64,000 nt of DNA from Octopus vulgaris (GCA_951406725.2 OX597828.1:60760001-60824000), one strand, 5' to 3'; positions 1 to 13,612 are shown, counted from the first letter of the stretch. The notes: generated by a model not told the origin, from the sequence alone. Translations and numbers: made by a program.

Positions 1-1000
1 GATCTGTTTTGTATTGTTCAAAGGAAGTTGACCAGACAATGTTTGAATATGCTGTATATTTTCTTGATCTGGTCAAGGTAGAACAAGTAATGGTTTAAAG
101 CGTGCTTAGCCATTTGAAGTTTCTTGAATTACAAATTAGCTGCATACTAGCAAGCTAGAAATAATGCTATCACAACTAACGTAATATAATCAGATTTGTA
201 AAAGTTATTTAGAATCAAGTCTTTTTCAGCATAGGTTATTGTCAACAATGAATCTGAATTCTTAATACTATTCGGTAAAAGAAATTCAGGGGTGTATGTC
301 ATTTCTTTTTCAATAACCATTCTCTGTAAATATTTATTTCTATAGTAGTAGCCCTAGTAAGGGGATATTCCTGATAGAACCAACTGTAACTGGAAAAATT
401 GGTGGTATGAATACAAGGTGTTTAGAAGCCAAAGTTACACAATGCGAATTCCCACAAATGTTTTCATCGACATTGATTCTAAATATCTTACTTTATTCAA
501 TGCCATTAAAAGATTTTACGAAGGAACTATGTATAAGGTTATCCTATTTTCGAGATTGATGAAATCAAATCATTGAATTAGTTAATTAATCTGAAAATAA
601 CTGAGGACCTTGGATGTTCGAAAGTTGAAATTATTGGTCAACGTTGTTATCACATTTCATAATATTGACGAGAGATAATCATCACTAGTGATCAATAAAA
701 CAGTATTTGGTAATATAAACCAGAGCTATTTTTTCTCTATCCCTATTATAACGCCTACAGTAATTTTTCACATCAGGTTTTTCATAGGCCCAAAGAAGAA
801 TTTCTTGTGAGCTTATAAACATCCTGGTGTTCAAGCTCTCCATGGAGACTTTTCTTATCGTGACCAGAGGTTACGTCTTTAAACCTACTACGTTTAATAA
901 GATAATTCTCATCCCACATATTTCTCTGTAAGAAATTATTCTATGGCCTAAATTTATGACATATTTCAGCTCCCATCTTTTGACAATTTCATTATTTCTT
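1..1000 (-). mobile_element. Highly decayed LTR-retrotransposon pol (RT-like) remnant
   Basis: Minus-strand fragments resemble the YHQ and FQRM motifs of Gypsy RT. No intact ORF. Confidence 0.3.
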
Positions 1001-1124
1001 GATTCTCGCACATAACCTGCCTATAAAAAAATTGCACATTATGCATATAATTTTTTTTAATCATTAGTGGAGATAATGCTTTCTCTTATTAATTATTCAA
1101 CATGTCAAATATAACACTAACCTA

Positions 1125-2140
1125 CAAATTGGTGACCCTGTCGAACATCCATAGAAGATCCGAACTACACTAATACTACAAAATGGCGAACTTACCTAAC
1201 TAGACTACAAATGGTAAACCCGAACTGGAACAGAGCATATCGTACAGTCGAACACCAACCATAAAATGATGACCCAGCGCGGAAAAGCAGCTTATGGACA
1301 CCCTACGCCAACATCATTAAATTAGCATTGTCTGACTCAAATAATGGAGACAAATATAATAATTGAGAAATTTGCAAACTATGCTGAATTAATAAAAATC
1401 AACGAACAACAATGAAACTAATGCAATTTTAAATAATACGCTGACAAAAGAGACTGCAATGTTACTGTAAATTCTTGTTATTCTTAAAAATATCTTTTGT
1501 TCTCGTAGCTGACACTTTTTTATCACGTCACCTGTTGGATTCATATTTTTGCCGCATTTCTCTGTCACTTTATTTCTTCTCTTCGCTGAAATAGAGAAGC
1601 ATGAAACTTTTATTGACATCCCCGGGTAATTTGGACCCTATTTTACAGAGTAGTGATATTCCGGCGATTCAATCTGTATATCAATATCAACTATCCCACA
1701 CTGGAGTGGTAATCCTATGATATATTTCATTCAATCGCTTACATATTTTGCTGTAGATATTTCTTCTGAAGCACAGCTGTGCGGCATATTGATTAGCATC
1801 CTTCCTCCAACACTTATAGGTGAACTTAAATATCTAACCAAAGCCGCTGGCGGCACTGCCTCCTTATCAGATTGAAGGAGAACATACAATTTGCATCAGA
1901 AATATACAGTGAAGCATTGGGTAATAAGAAGATTTCACAGTGTGCAGAATGAAGAATTATCAGAAAATAATTCTCTTGTACAGTCATACTTAAAGCAATT
2001 ATTTTCATCTCCTTTGCTGTCCAATGTAGAGGCTGTCCTGGCACCTGTAAGATACCGTAGTATAGTGGATCATTTAACTAAGTTAGCAGATGACATTGTT
2101 GCCATCTTCGTATACCAATTTACGGGATACTTCATTTGAT
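1125..2140 (+). mobile_element. Decayed Gypsy-like 5' internal region and gag
   Basis: PBS-like TGGTGACCC near 1130. Gag-like reading IPHWSGNPMIYFIQ..F..L..P.. from about 1693 and LTKLADDI near 2075. Confidence 0.4.
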
Positions 2141-2399
2141 TTGTCTATCGTCGCTGAATTTGCATCCTCTCGCAAGATGATTGGGAAGAAAAAATCCAAC
2201 CCCTCTCTGACAAAAAGGAACGGATTGAAATGTCTCGATTTTCAGTTCGTTCATTCACCTTCTCATTCTTGGAATTCAGTAAGAAAACTCTCGTCTAGCT
2301 CGCTGTAAGAGAGCATAGGCACTATGTTGGTGCCACTTCAAATTACGTATAAATGCTCGCCACTGCATCCAGCTATGTTCCTTTAACGCTACTTCTTTT

Positions 2400-4470
2400 A
2401 AGCTGCAGGAAAACGGCTAAGCTGGGAGTTAACTGCCACTACATTAAATGGCTCTTCTTCTGTTAGTCTCTGTGGGCATCTGCAATAGAGTGGATGAAAC
2501 CATTGCCCCATATCGCAAAAGAATGTCCTTGACTTTCCCAAAACCACATGTTGTAGCGACTCGATGAGGTAGCGAAAGTGCTACGTTGGAAACTGTGCGA
2601 AAAGTTGGGGCTGGAGAGGGGCAAGACGTGATATGAGCACAAACCGCAAAGTATGGGGAGGACCAGCAAAAAAAAAACAAAAAAACAATAGGGAGAAAAG
2701 AAATGAAGAAAAGAAACAGATCAGGGACTAGAGCATAACAGACCGGATCTAGTGGTGATGGATAAGATGCACCACATGTGTCGATGTTGCGTGGCCCTTT
2801 GACCCACAAGAAGGAAGGCGAAAAATAGATGTATACAATCCTCTTAAATATGAAATAGCCCAACCATGGAAAATTAGAAGGTGAAGATAGTGCCAATTAT
2901 TGTTGATTCCTTGGGACATTATCTGGAAGAATCAAGAGGATTATGAAGGAAATTGGAATTGAGTACCCGTAGAACTGTTACAAAATAATCAGGAAAGTGT
3001 TAGATAGTTGAAAAGAACAGAAAGTATGGTACCATAAGCTGCAGGCAACAAGCCTGCTACGTATGCAAGACACCAGGAATTACAAAACATCAGATAAAAA
3101 AGCAAATAACAACAACAACTGCAACAACAATAATAAAAGCCATCCCCATGGACATAGTCCATGGACACACGCTCTCTCCATTCCTTTTATGCTTGTCACT
3201 GACACCTTTATCTGACATGCTAAACAACAGGATATGGATCAACATTTACGGCAAAATAATCGAACATCTCTTGTGTGTGGATGACCTAAAACTGTATGCT
3301 GCAAATGATAAACAAGTGGAAACATTATTAAAGGCAGTGCATGGATTTACCACAGAAATACACATGAAACGTGGACTAGAAAAATGTGCCAAAGCTACCT
3401 TGGACAGAGGAAACTAGTTAAGGGTAACAATATCATACTAGATAGCAAAGGAAATGAGAGAATTTGACCAAAGCCAGACATATAAATACTGCAGAGTTGA
3501 TGAACTAGATACGGTGCAACACACACAAAAGAAAAGGAAGATAACAAAGGAATATTATAGACGAGTTAGATTAATACTTAGAACAGAGCTCAATGCGAAA
3601 AACAAGATAATATGCATCAACAATATAACCGTCGCAATTTTAAGTTATAGCTACAATATTCTTAATTGGAATCTAAATGAAATAACAAAATTAGACAGAG
3701 AAACAAGGAAAATAATGACATAGTTTTGGATGCACCACCCAAAATCTGACATAGAAAGGTTATAATATAAAACGTATTGAAGGTGGTAGAGGTCTTATAC
3801 AACTAAAAAGTTATTATAAAATAACCATCATAGGATTACACAAATATGCCGCAAAAGATATGGGTATAAATGCAGATGAAATGATGGATAAGAGCTAAGG
3901 AGAAGAGAGAAGAAGACCTTGAAAGGAGAAAGCATGGAAAGTTTGAAAGGAATACACAAGTCGATAAGGATAATAAAGCATCGTGGACATGGCTTGAGTG
4001 ATGTAGTTTGAAGCATACTACCGAAAACCTGATCATTGCTGCACAGGGCCAGGCGCTCGCTACCAATTCAGTGAAGTATAACATCTATAAAACTTCTGAC
4101 ATCCAGAACTGCAGACTGTGGAAAGAGGGTGAAATGAAAGAGTGTCATATTGAATAAGAGAGACAAATACGGTCAGATGTAGCCATACCAAATGACATGA
4201 ATGTTGTGAGTAAAAAGGTTGAAAAAAATCACCAAATACTCCGAATTGAAAGTGGAAATGGCAAGATAGTATGGAATGCGAGAGGATAATGTAAAAGTAA
4301 TACCAGTGGTCATCATAGCATTGGGCTCAATCCCATTGAAACTTCAAGACTTCTTAAGGCAAGTGGAAATCCCATGCAAGATTGATCTCTTGCAAAAAGC
4401 AGCCTTATGGGGCACAGCGCACATCATAGGTATTAGCTGTCTGAGGTCCTTGTGACTTGACAGATGATTA
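2400..4470 (+). mobile_element. Mosaic of decayed R4/Dong-like (RLE) non-LTR retrotransposon fragments
   Basis: RT motifs (G.TLSP.L.CL.L.PLS, CVDDLKLY, GLEKCA) at 3148-3417 are homologous to the 37-40 kb copy. RLE-region remnants lie at 2450-3010 and 4030-4430. Many stops. Confidence 0.75.
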
Positions 4471-4486
4471 AAGACTCCGGTGCATT

Positions 4487-4654
4487 ATTACAATAACAAC
4501 AACAACAACAACAACAACAATAATAATAATAATAATAATAATGATAATAATAATAATAATTAAAATATTACAATAATAATAATAACAAAAACAATAACAC
4601 CACCACCACCACCACCACCACCACCACCACCACAACAACAACAACAACAACAAC

Positions 4655-4747
<93 letters not shown>

Positions 4748-4760
4748 TAATAATAATTAT
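4487..4760. repeat. Compound (CAA)/(TAA)/(CAC) microsatellite
   Basis: Direct inspection. One of many: also 7064-7140, 10914-10994, 11538-11707, 13493-13610, 15612-15823, 25999-26117, 31455-31623 and 48324-48431. Confidence 0.95.
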
Positions 4761-4850
4761 AACATCTATAAAACTTCTGACACCCAGAATTGCAGACTAT
4801 GGAAAGAGTGTGGAAAATGTGATCCACTTGCTAAGTGGATGTGAGAGGTT

Positions 4851-6150
4851 ATGAAGCAGATAGAAGAGACGGGCTATAAGAACTTGGGGATTTTGGAAAT
4901 GGATAAATTGATAGAGAAAGAAATGACAGAAAAATTTAAGGTGGAGTACTTACGGTACTTACGCAGACTGAGACTGATCCTTAAGTCGAAATTAAATGGA
5001 CGGAATAAGATCGAAGATGGGCGGTTTCACTCCTTAGATATGGAGCAGGGGTAATCGCATGGACAGTAGACGAACTAAACAGCTTAGACAGAAAGACAAG
5101 GAAGTCGCTATCTAGATATGGGTCACTCCACCCGAAAAGTGACACAGACAGACTGTATGTACCAAGAAAAAGAGGCAAAGTGGACTTATTAGAGCAGAAG
5201 AAAACAACATAGCATGGTATGTAAAGAATGCCACAGAACTGCTATTACTAGAAGGTCAGGCTTGTGTAGGATGAAAGATTGCAAAGATAAAGCACTATAC
5301 ATGAAATTGAAACCGAATGAATCTGAAAATAGGTGGGTAAAGAAAAGAATGCATGGTCAATTTCATAGGTATGTTGAAGACAGACAGAGGAAAAAGATGG
5401 CTGTGGATGACTAAAAGTGATTTAAAACCAGAAACGGAGGCTCTAATCTGTGCTGCCCAAGAGCAAGCACTAAGAATAAACTACATAAAATACAGAATAG
5501 ACAACACATCAGAAAGTGATAAGTGCAGAATATGTGGACAAAACGATGAAACCGTATGGCATATTACCAGCCAATGTACGCCACTAGCCCAGGAGGAATA
5601 TAAGAGACGCCACGACTATATAGCCAGGCTTGTCCATTGGACACTTTGCAACAAGTATAGACATGACAGAGCAAAAAATTTGTACGACAACAAACCTGAC
5701 GGGATTGTCGAAAATAGAAATGCAAAGATCCTATGCGACCATGAGATTGAGAATAGGAAGCCGGACATAGAGTTAATTGAGAAAGAAAAGAAACTATGCT
5801 GGATCATAAACATAGCATGCACAGCTGACAACAAGGTATGTGATAAGGAAGAAAAAAAAGTCGAGAGATATGACAGTTTAGCTTGGGAAGTTAAGCAGGT
5901 GTGGTCGATAAAAAAGGTAGCAGTAGTACCAATAATTGTCGGAGCCCTAGGAACAGTGAGCATAAATCTTGAGAAGTACGTGGAACAAATAGGGGCTGCA
6001 ATAAGGGTGGAGCACTTGCAGAAAACAGCACTGCTTGGAACCGTTCGAATACTCCGGAAGGTGCTCAAAAAGTAGATGTTACCTTAGTTCACTAGTAATG
6101 AACAGCTGACACTGTAGTACATCTCCAGCGTTAGAAGCTGTGCAAAGGAA
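4851..6150 (+). mobile_element. 5'-truncated R4/Dong-like non-LTR retrotransposon (zinc knuckle and restriction-like endonuclease)
   Basis: ORF 5353-6075 contains CRICGQNDETVWHITSQC, RRHD, KPD and PIIVGALG. A CAA/TAA tail follows. Confidence 0.85.
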
Positions 6151-6185
6151 ACAACAACAACAACAACAACAATGATAATAATAAA

Positions 6186-6738
6186 ATGACCTGATGCAGT
6201 ACCTCGCAGTGGTCCTCATGGCTTTTGATCTTAACTGATTGGAAGTGTTATTATGTATTGTTTTGTCTTGTTATAGAAGATGGGCTACAGCAAATATTCT
6301 GCTCAATACCACAGATTTGCCTGTCAGTTGTTTGACTTTAAACAGTTGAGCATGTCCCTTAGTGGCTGACGATATGTGCATCTCTAATCACGAGCAGAAG
6401 TAGTGGAGGAGCATCATAGCCATGTGTTGAAAGGAATTCTTTGGGGTTTGGATAATTCACCTTTGGAAACATAGGTGTTTCATTCAAAATCCTTAAAAAC
6501 CCTTATTCAGGGACGTTTTGAAGGGGATGGGCTACTCGACCGAAAGAAAACTCTAACTGGGCCCCACCTGTAAGATCATGCGCTGTTAATCTTGATATGA
6601 GATCACCATGTGATACACATATGGTTGTGACGCATGTGTCTGGTGTACCCTTATCAGACGGGTAGTCATGGTGGGTATACTGCGCTTCGTATATTTTACT
6701 CCAATGTCACTTTGATGGTGTGCGCTGCTCTTTCACTC
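6186..6738 (+). mobile_element. ~555-bp non-coding (TAA)n-associated interspersed element, copy A
   Basis: Homologous to copies at 11846, 12416, 12936, 30938 and 36648. Flanked by TAA/CAA repeats. Confidence 0.8.
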
Positions 6739-6747
6739 AATAATAAT

Positions 6748-6780
<33 letters not shown>

Positions 6781-6786
6781 AATAAT

Positions 6787-7062
6787 CCTTTGTACAATAG
6801 GCACAAGGCCTTAAATTTGAGGGAGGGGACAAGTCGATTACCTGAGTGTTTCATTGGTACTCAATTTATCGACCTCTGCGGAATTTGAACTCTGAACGTA
6901 GCGAAGGTGAAATACCTATTTCTTTACTACCCACAAAGGGCTAAACACAGAGAGGACAAGCAAGGACAGACAAACGGATTAATGAACTCAGAACGTCACG
7001 CGACGGCGAAATACCGGTAAGTATTTCGCCCAGCGTGCTAACGATTCTGCCAGCTCACCGCC

Positions 7063-7063
<1 letters not shown>
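6787..7063 (-). mobile_element. tRNA-derived SINE with Nin/Deu-like central domain (two nested partial copies)
   Basis: Minus strand reads GAGCTGGCAGAATCGTTAGC (A-box-like) and GAGTTCA (B-box-like). Same family as the copies at 13980, 26880, 35610 and 44668. Confidence 0.7.
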
Positions 7064-7141
<78 letters not shown>

Positions 7142-7786
7142 GTCTGGCCTTGATAGCGGCTGGACGTGTTCTTTGCTGCTCTGATCAGTCAGCAGCCGAA
7201 GACCCAGAAACACTAATACAACCCAGCAGGACAACTGAAAAATAGCTTTTAAAAAATGGAATGTCAACAATTTTCTGGGAATCAATTTAACCTTTCCTTT
7301 CTCACAGACTATTTGAACATGCAAACATCCCTATTATTGTATGAACATTACAGTTTTCTCTGGCTGGACACACAAACGATCACATTTAAAACCTTTAAAA
7401 ACTTTAATATCTACAATTTTCTGTGAATATTTAACCTCTCCTTTCTCCCTGGCTATTAGATCATGTAATCGTTTCTTTTATCGCATATTCTTTTATAGAT
7501 ATCTCCGACTATCTAACTTTAGCAATTTCAAAATAAGTGACTCTCTGTGAGTACATAATCCTTTAATTTCTCCTAGCGTCTCGAACACACAAACAACTTT
7601 CTCATATCCAGGAAATTTTGTAACTTCTCCAACCACTTTCCAGAATTTGATAAAAATGCAGGAGACAAGCAACTGCCAATATTTACAAACTGCACAATTA
7701 CAAAAACTGTAAATCACAGCAAAACTTGTGAAAAGAAAAGAAAATTCAACAGTGTAAATATCAGTGTATGCGTATGTATATATATA

Positions 7787-8115
7787 TATAAACAATTATA
7801 AATAAGGTCAAAAGAAAAAGAAATTTCCCTGCCAATATGCTGCAAAATAGACTTTAGATCGTCTGACCGCATACAACACCTTTCATCACAAATACACAGC
7901 GAGTCGAAACGAGGAAAGCAAGCCAACAGACACTCTAAAAAATTCGTTATCCCCGATTCGGATCGAAACTTTCTGTTGACTTGCTTTCCTCGTTTCGACA
8001 CGCTGTGTATTTGTGGTGAAAGGTGTTGTATGCGGTCAGACGATCTAAAGTCTATTTTGCAGCATATTCGCACAGAAAATGTTTTCTCTTTTGCCCTTAT
8101 TTATAATTGTTTATA
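7787..8115. repeat. Long inverted repeat (144-bp arms, 41-nt loop)
   Basis: 7787-7930 is the reverse complement of 7972-8115, at roughly 90% identity by eye. Confidence 0.9.
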
Positions 8116-9186
8116 ATTTTCACCTTAAAAGGTATTTTAGTAATAATCGGAGGTGAAATATCAATATTAAATGAACTAATGTGTGGAAACGATATAAGAT
8201 CCAAAAAAGGAGAAAGATGAAGAGAAAATATAAATCCTTGCTAAGAGATAGACTGCTTTCAACAAAAGAAAGACTGCAACAAAAAGTTCAAGTAAAATCT
8301 CGAAGAATACGAAGATTTGAGAAGAGAAACAAGCTTTACAAGCACCATAAGCTGTTCATATCCAATGCGAAAACATTCTACAAAAAAATAGGGAAGGAGA
8401 AAATAACCGTTGAAGACTTTGGAAAAATATTTGGAGTTATGAAAAGTCATACAATGCAAACGCAGACTGGATTAGACGCACAGAAGAATCCTACCAAAAT
8501 TTACCAGAATAAGCATGGGAAGGCATTACAATAGTAGACCTAAGGATGACACTTAAGAAGGCTCATAAGTGGAAATCATCTGATAAAGATAGTGCCAAAC
8601 TTTTGGCTCGCATCGCCCCCGTGCGCATACAAAAAGTTAGTTTAGTTATTCAATGAAATTATGAGAGTTCAAAAAAAAAACAAAACATCTGATTGGTTAG
8701 CAAGTGGTATTTCTTACCAACTTCCAAAGAATAATGAAACCAAATTTCCCCCAAAGCTAGCGGACCATGACCTGTTTATTACCACATATAAAATTTCAAC
8801 ATCCACCCTTGTGGAGAAAACATAAGATCAATTCCTAATCAACTCCTAATCAATTGCATGATCCTTGGGAACTGTCATAACAAACGCAGTAAACTAATTT
8901 CTGCATGGATTGGTTATAAAAAAAGCCTTTGACAGTGCACCAGCGCACCGCATTCATGGATCTTGATATCACGAGATATCTTCAAAATTTCTTCTGTGAT
9001 TTCAAACTTCCTGAAGCACAACATGTGTCAGAGTGGAATACGAATCTCCAATTATACCACTCTAATGGAATACTGAATACAAACAATATTAATATCAACT
9101 GTGGTAAATTCCAAGGTGACTCACTGGTACTTCTAATTTTCTGCATAGTCCTAATACCCCTTACAAGTGTACTTAACAGAACAGAA

Positions 9187-10367
9187 TCTTTATATATATA
9201 AAACTGAGAATGTGTGTGTGTCTATCTGTCTGTGTGTTTCCCTAAAACTTAAAAACTACACAACTAATTTCATTCGAATTTTACACATGCCTTACTTAGG
9301 GTCCGGGGAGTGTCATCAGCAAATTTTTTTTAACTTTTTGCCTAGGGCGAGCCCACAGCAATATCATATCTTCTCCACTACGATTCCCTAAAACTTGAGA
9401 ACTACACAACCAATTTCATTCAAATTTGACACATGCCTTACTTAGGGTCCATGTAGTTTCATGGGCAAAAAGAATGTTCAACTTCTTGCCTAGAACGAGC
9501 CCATAGCAATATCATATCTTCTCCACTATTTCAGTATTACGTGTTAAAAGTGAAACAAAATCATTTCTCTATTTTGTCAGATACTTTCACTTTAACAATA
9601 AAAATAATAATAACAATTGAATTATATGTAGTAAGTAATAATTAAAATCAAACTAAAGTATAATACAATCGTAACATAACAAAAGTAAAAATAGCAATTG
9701 GTATAAAATTGCATTAATGACTTGAACTTGAATAAGTGGTTTCACATGAATGGGAATTAATTAAAAATAAAATTAGCGTGCAGAAATGGAATAGTCCAGA
9801 TGGATAATAAAAAATTAAATTAAAGAAAAGACTATTGTCTATAAAGTATACAATATAGAGAAAAAAGATTTGAACACATGAAGGAAAGCACCTTCGAAAA
9901 GTGTCTTGGTGCAACTATGAAAGATATCTAATCAGAGGCGGTAAATTCGCCACAATAGAAGCAAGGTTCGAGTCAACGGAGCGTGCGAGGGAGTACTCAA
10001 CTCGAACTTGCAAAGTGGAAATATTTTAGTTTTACCTTTATATCTGGGATGTAGGACGTCCCAGAAAAAAATTAAAAACGCACCCCCCACCCAGAAGTAG
10101 AGGTAGGATGGATTGTAGCCACACTTCTATACAAGAGGGAGGACAAGATACAATTGATCGAAATTACAAGAGACGGGCTAACAATTCCAGTCCGTTATAT
10201 ATTTTGAGTATTGTTATCACTAGCGATATCAAGATATAACTTTGTATTTTGTATTTTATGTGTAGATGTATATATATATAGATGTACATGTAATATGTAC
10301 ACATATATATACACATATATACATACACTAGCACTATGACCCGGCAACGACGGGTCTTTAATGCTAG
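9187..10367 (+). mobile_element. Non-autonomous Helitron (1181 bp)
   Basis: 5' TC(TTTATATATATAAAA), 3' hairpin GACCCG-gcaacga-CGGGTC (10338-10356) then CTAG. Inserted between A and T with no TSD. Internal ~147-bp tandem duplication at about 9240-9530. Confidence 0.85.
9775..10195 (+). pseudogene. L1/Tx1-like ORF1 fragment inside the Helitron
   Basis: Broken reading KEKTIVYKVYNIEKK..EKCL..RGGKFATIEARFES resembles the ORF1s at 57307 and 62723 (EKMVTYKVYNIKEK..EKCM..RGARSATVEAHFET). Confidence 0.7.
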
Positions 10368-10912
10368 TATGGTTATAAAACTGACAAGAAAATAAGCCGT
10401 CTATTTTACATGGATGACTTAAAACTCTATGATCAAGACGATAATGAGCTTGAAGGTCTACTGCGCACTGTGAAAGCATTTAGTGATAACTTCGGGATGG
10501 AATTTGGTCTTGATAAATGTTCCAAAGCTACTTTCCAGAAGGGGAAATTGAAGACTTCACATTCAGTGGTGTTAGATGTTGACAGTTATAAAAGAACACG
10601 CGCAGTGTCAATGTGTTGAACTGAAATATGAGCGGAATAAGGAAGCTTGACAGGAAAACCCCAAAGACGAATCGGCCAAAGGCAGATGCAGATTGCCTTT
10701 AACTTCGAGGAGGTCGAAGCACGATCCATTTTGAAATCTCTTACAAAACCCACCACAATTGGACTGGCCAGATATCTTGAAACATCGAACGACTAGATAT
10801 TAAAACTTGTTAAAAATCACAAGAGAAGCTTTATTCTGTCATGAAGGAGAACAAAAAAGTTACCGCTAAGCATTTCGTTCACCTTGCTAACGACTCTGCT
10901 AGCTCGCCGCCC

Positions 10913-10995
<83 letters not shown>

Positions 10996-11089
10996 TTTTA
11001 TTATTGTGTGTTAAAAACTCACAGCTTCTTTTGCTGGGTATGATAGAAAGTGTCAGCTGTCCACAGCCAGCTAAGTAAGGTGACACTTG

Positions 11090-11540
11090 TTTACTGGTCA
11101 TGCTTCAAGAACCCTGCAAAGAATTCTTGCAATTCCAAGCAATGCTGATTTTTGTAGGTGTTCTTCCTTCACACTTGCACCAATATTTTTCAGCCACGTT
11201 GGTAGTTGAATGCTGATACTGCTAAGTGCTTCAATTACTATTGAGTATCACGTCTACTCTCTTCATTCACCACAACCTATGCATTTCCCACTTTAAATCA
11301 TCATAGTTGTTTATTTTTTCTTCTTTCACATTGATCCTGTTGTCACCGGGGCATGCTGTTGTCGATTATCATGCATGTTCATTCTTTTTTATTCACCACC
11401 AAAATGTCCGGTTTCCGGTGTCTGGTCACCCTTACATCTCTCTCTTTGTATGTCGTGATTTGCACAGAGCTCCCAATGGATCATTCTCGCCACATTGTCA
11501 TGATGTCCTTTATATTCGCATCTTGCCAATTTCGGAATTC
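11090..11540 (-). mobile_element. R4/Dong-like 3' fragment (RLE)
   Basis: KLARCEYKGHHDNVARMIHWELC and a LQKSALLG-type C-terminus on the minus strand. Confidence 0.7.
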
Positions 11541-11639
11541 TTCTTCTTCTTCTTCTTCTTCTTCTTCTTCTTCTTCTTCTTCTTCTTCTTCTTCTTCTTC
11601 TTCCGAGTTCGATTCCAAGCAGTGACCTGGACAACGACG

Positions 11640-11706
<67 letters not shown>

Positions 11707-11755
11707 CCACGAAAAATACCTTAGGAATGAGAACCCAGGTTCGAAATTTCCCCAA

Positions 11756-11803
11756 GACAGCTGATGAAAGGTGTGGAGGTTATATCAGCAGAAACGTTGT
11801 GTT
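11756..11803 (+). ncRNA. Degenerate minimal hammerhead-like motif (Penelope pLTR type)
   Basis: CTGATGA (11761), imperfect stem II, then GAAACGTT (11791) with a palindromic stem III. Weak stem I gacag/gtgtt. Confidence 0.35.
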
Positions 11804-11845
11804 AACAACAAACAAGACTGTAAATAATGTATTATTATCATTATT

Positions 11846-12874
11846 GACTGAGAGACCAGCGCATGCCATCAAAGTGACACTAAGTGTACAAATATAGGTA
11901 CCCCAATACATCCATCATGACTACCCGTCTGATAAGGGTAGACAGGGACATGCATGACAACCATATGTTCGTGATATGGTGATGTCATATGAAGATAAAC
12001 AGCGCATGACCTTGCAGGAGGGGCCCAGTTAGAATTTTGTTCTAGTTGAGTAGCCCATCCTGCTCAAAAGGTCCCCGAATAACGTTTGTTTAAAGATGAT
12101 GAACAAAACACCCATATTTCCAGAGGTAAATTATACAAACCCCAAAACATTCCTATCGACACATGGCTATGATGCTCCCTCACTACTTCTGCTCGTGGTC
12201 AGGAATGTACATATCCTCAGCCACTAAGGGACATGCTCAACTGGTTAAGGTCAAGCAATTGCCAAGCAAATCTATGGTATTGAGCAGAATATTTGCTGTA
12301 GCCCATCTTTTATAGCAAGACAAAACAATACATAATAACACTTCCAATAATTTAAGATCAAAAGCCATGAGGACCACTGCTAGGTACTGCATCAGGTCAT
12401 TTTATTATTATTATTGAATGAGAGAGCAGTGCAGGCCATCAAAATGACACTGGAGTCAAATATACGACGCCTAGTATACCCATCATGACTACCCGTCTGA
12501 TAAGAGTACACTAGGCATATGCATCACAACCATGTGTGCGCGACATGGTGATCTCATATCAAGATAAACAGCGCATGACCTTGCAGGTGGGGACCAGTTA
12601 GAATTTTCTTCTGGTCGAGTAACCCATCCCGCTCAAAAAGTCCCTGAATAAGGATTGTTTAAGGATGTCGAACGAAACACCCATGTTTCAAGAGGTGAAT
12701 TATTCAAGCCTCTAAGAATTCCTTTCAACACACGGCTATGATGCTCCCCCACTACTTCTGCTCGTGATCAGAGATGCACATATCGTCAGCCACTAAAGGG
12801 CATGCTCAACTGTTTAAGGTCAAACAACTGACAAGCAAATCTGTGGTATTGAGCAGAATATTTGCTGTAGCCCA

Positions 12875-12935
<61 letters not shown>

Positions 12936-13491
12936 GAGTGAGAGAGCAGTGCATGCCATCAAAGTGACACTGGGGTATAATATACGAAGCCCAGTATACC
13001 CATCATGACTACCCGTCTGATAAGGGTACACTAGGCATATGCATCACAACCATATGTGTATCACATGGTGATCTCATATCAAGATAAACAGCACATGACC
13101 TTGCAGGTGGGGAACAGTTAGAATTTTCTTCTGGTCGAGTAGCCCATCCCGCTCAAAAGGTCCCTGAATAAAGGTTGTTTAAGGATGTTGAACGAAACAC
13201 CCCTGTTTCCAAAGGTGAATTATTCAAACCCCAAAGAATCCCTCTCAACACATGGCTATGATGCTCCCCCACTACTTCTTCTCGTGATTAGAGATGCACA
13301 TATCGTCAACCACTAAGGGACATGCTCAACTGTTTAAGGTCAAACAACTGACATGCAAATCTGTGGTATTGAGCAGAATATTTGCTATAGCCCATCTTTT
13401 ATACCAAGACAAAACAATGTACATGATAACACTTGCAATCAGTTAAGATCAGAAGCCATGAGGACCACTGCCTGGTACTGCATCAGGGCAT
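11846..13491 (-). mobile_element. Three head-to-tail copies (B 11846-12400, C 12416-12875, D 12936-13491) of the ~555-bp element
   Basis: Direct homology between copies, which are separated only by (TTA)n. Copy C is 5'-truncated. Confidence 0.85.
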
Positions 13492-13505
13492 TTATTATTA
13501 TTATT

Positions 13506-13612
<107 letters not shown>

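Larger units (their letters stand above)
8130..10870 (+). mobile_element. Decayed R4/Dong-like retrotransposon interrupted by a Helitron
   Basis: RT motifs WIGYKKAFDS, GKFQGDSL and MDDLKLY..FGLDKC. Removing 9187-10367 restores the reading LNRTE|YGYK. Confidence 0.8.

Noticed and set aside
11846-13491. Repeat-spacer periodicity suggestive of CRISPR
   Set aside because: Units are ~555-bp TE copies separated by microsatellite in eukaryotic DNA, with no cas genes.
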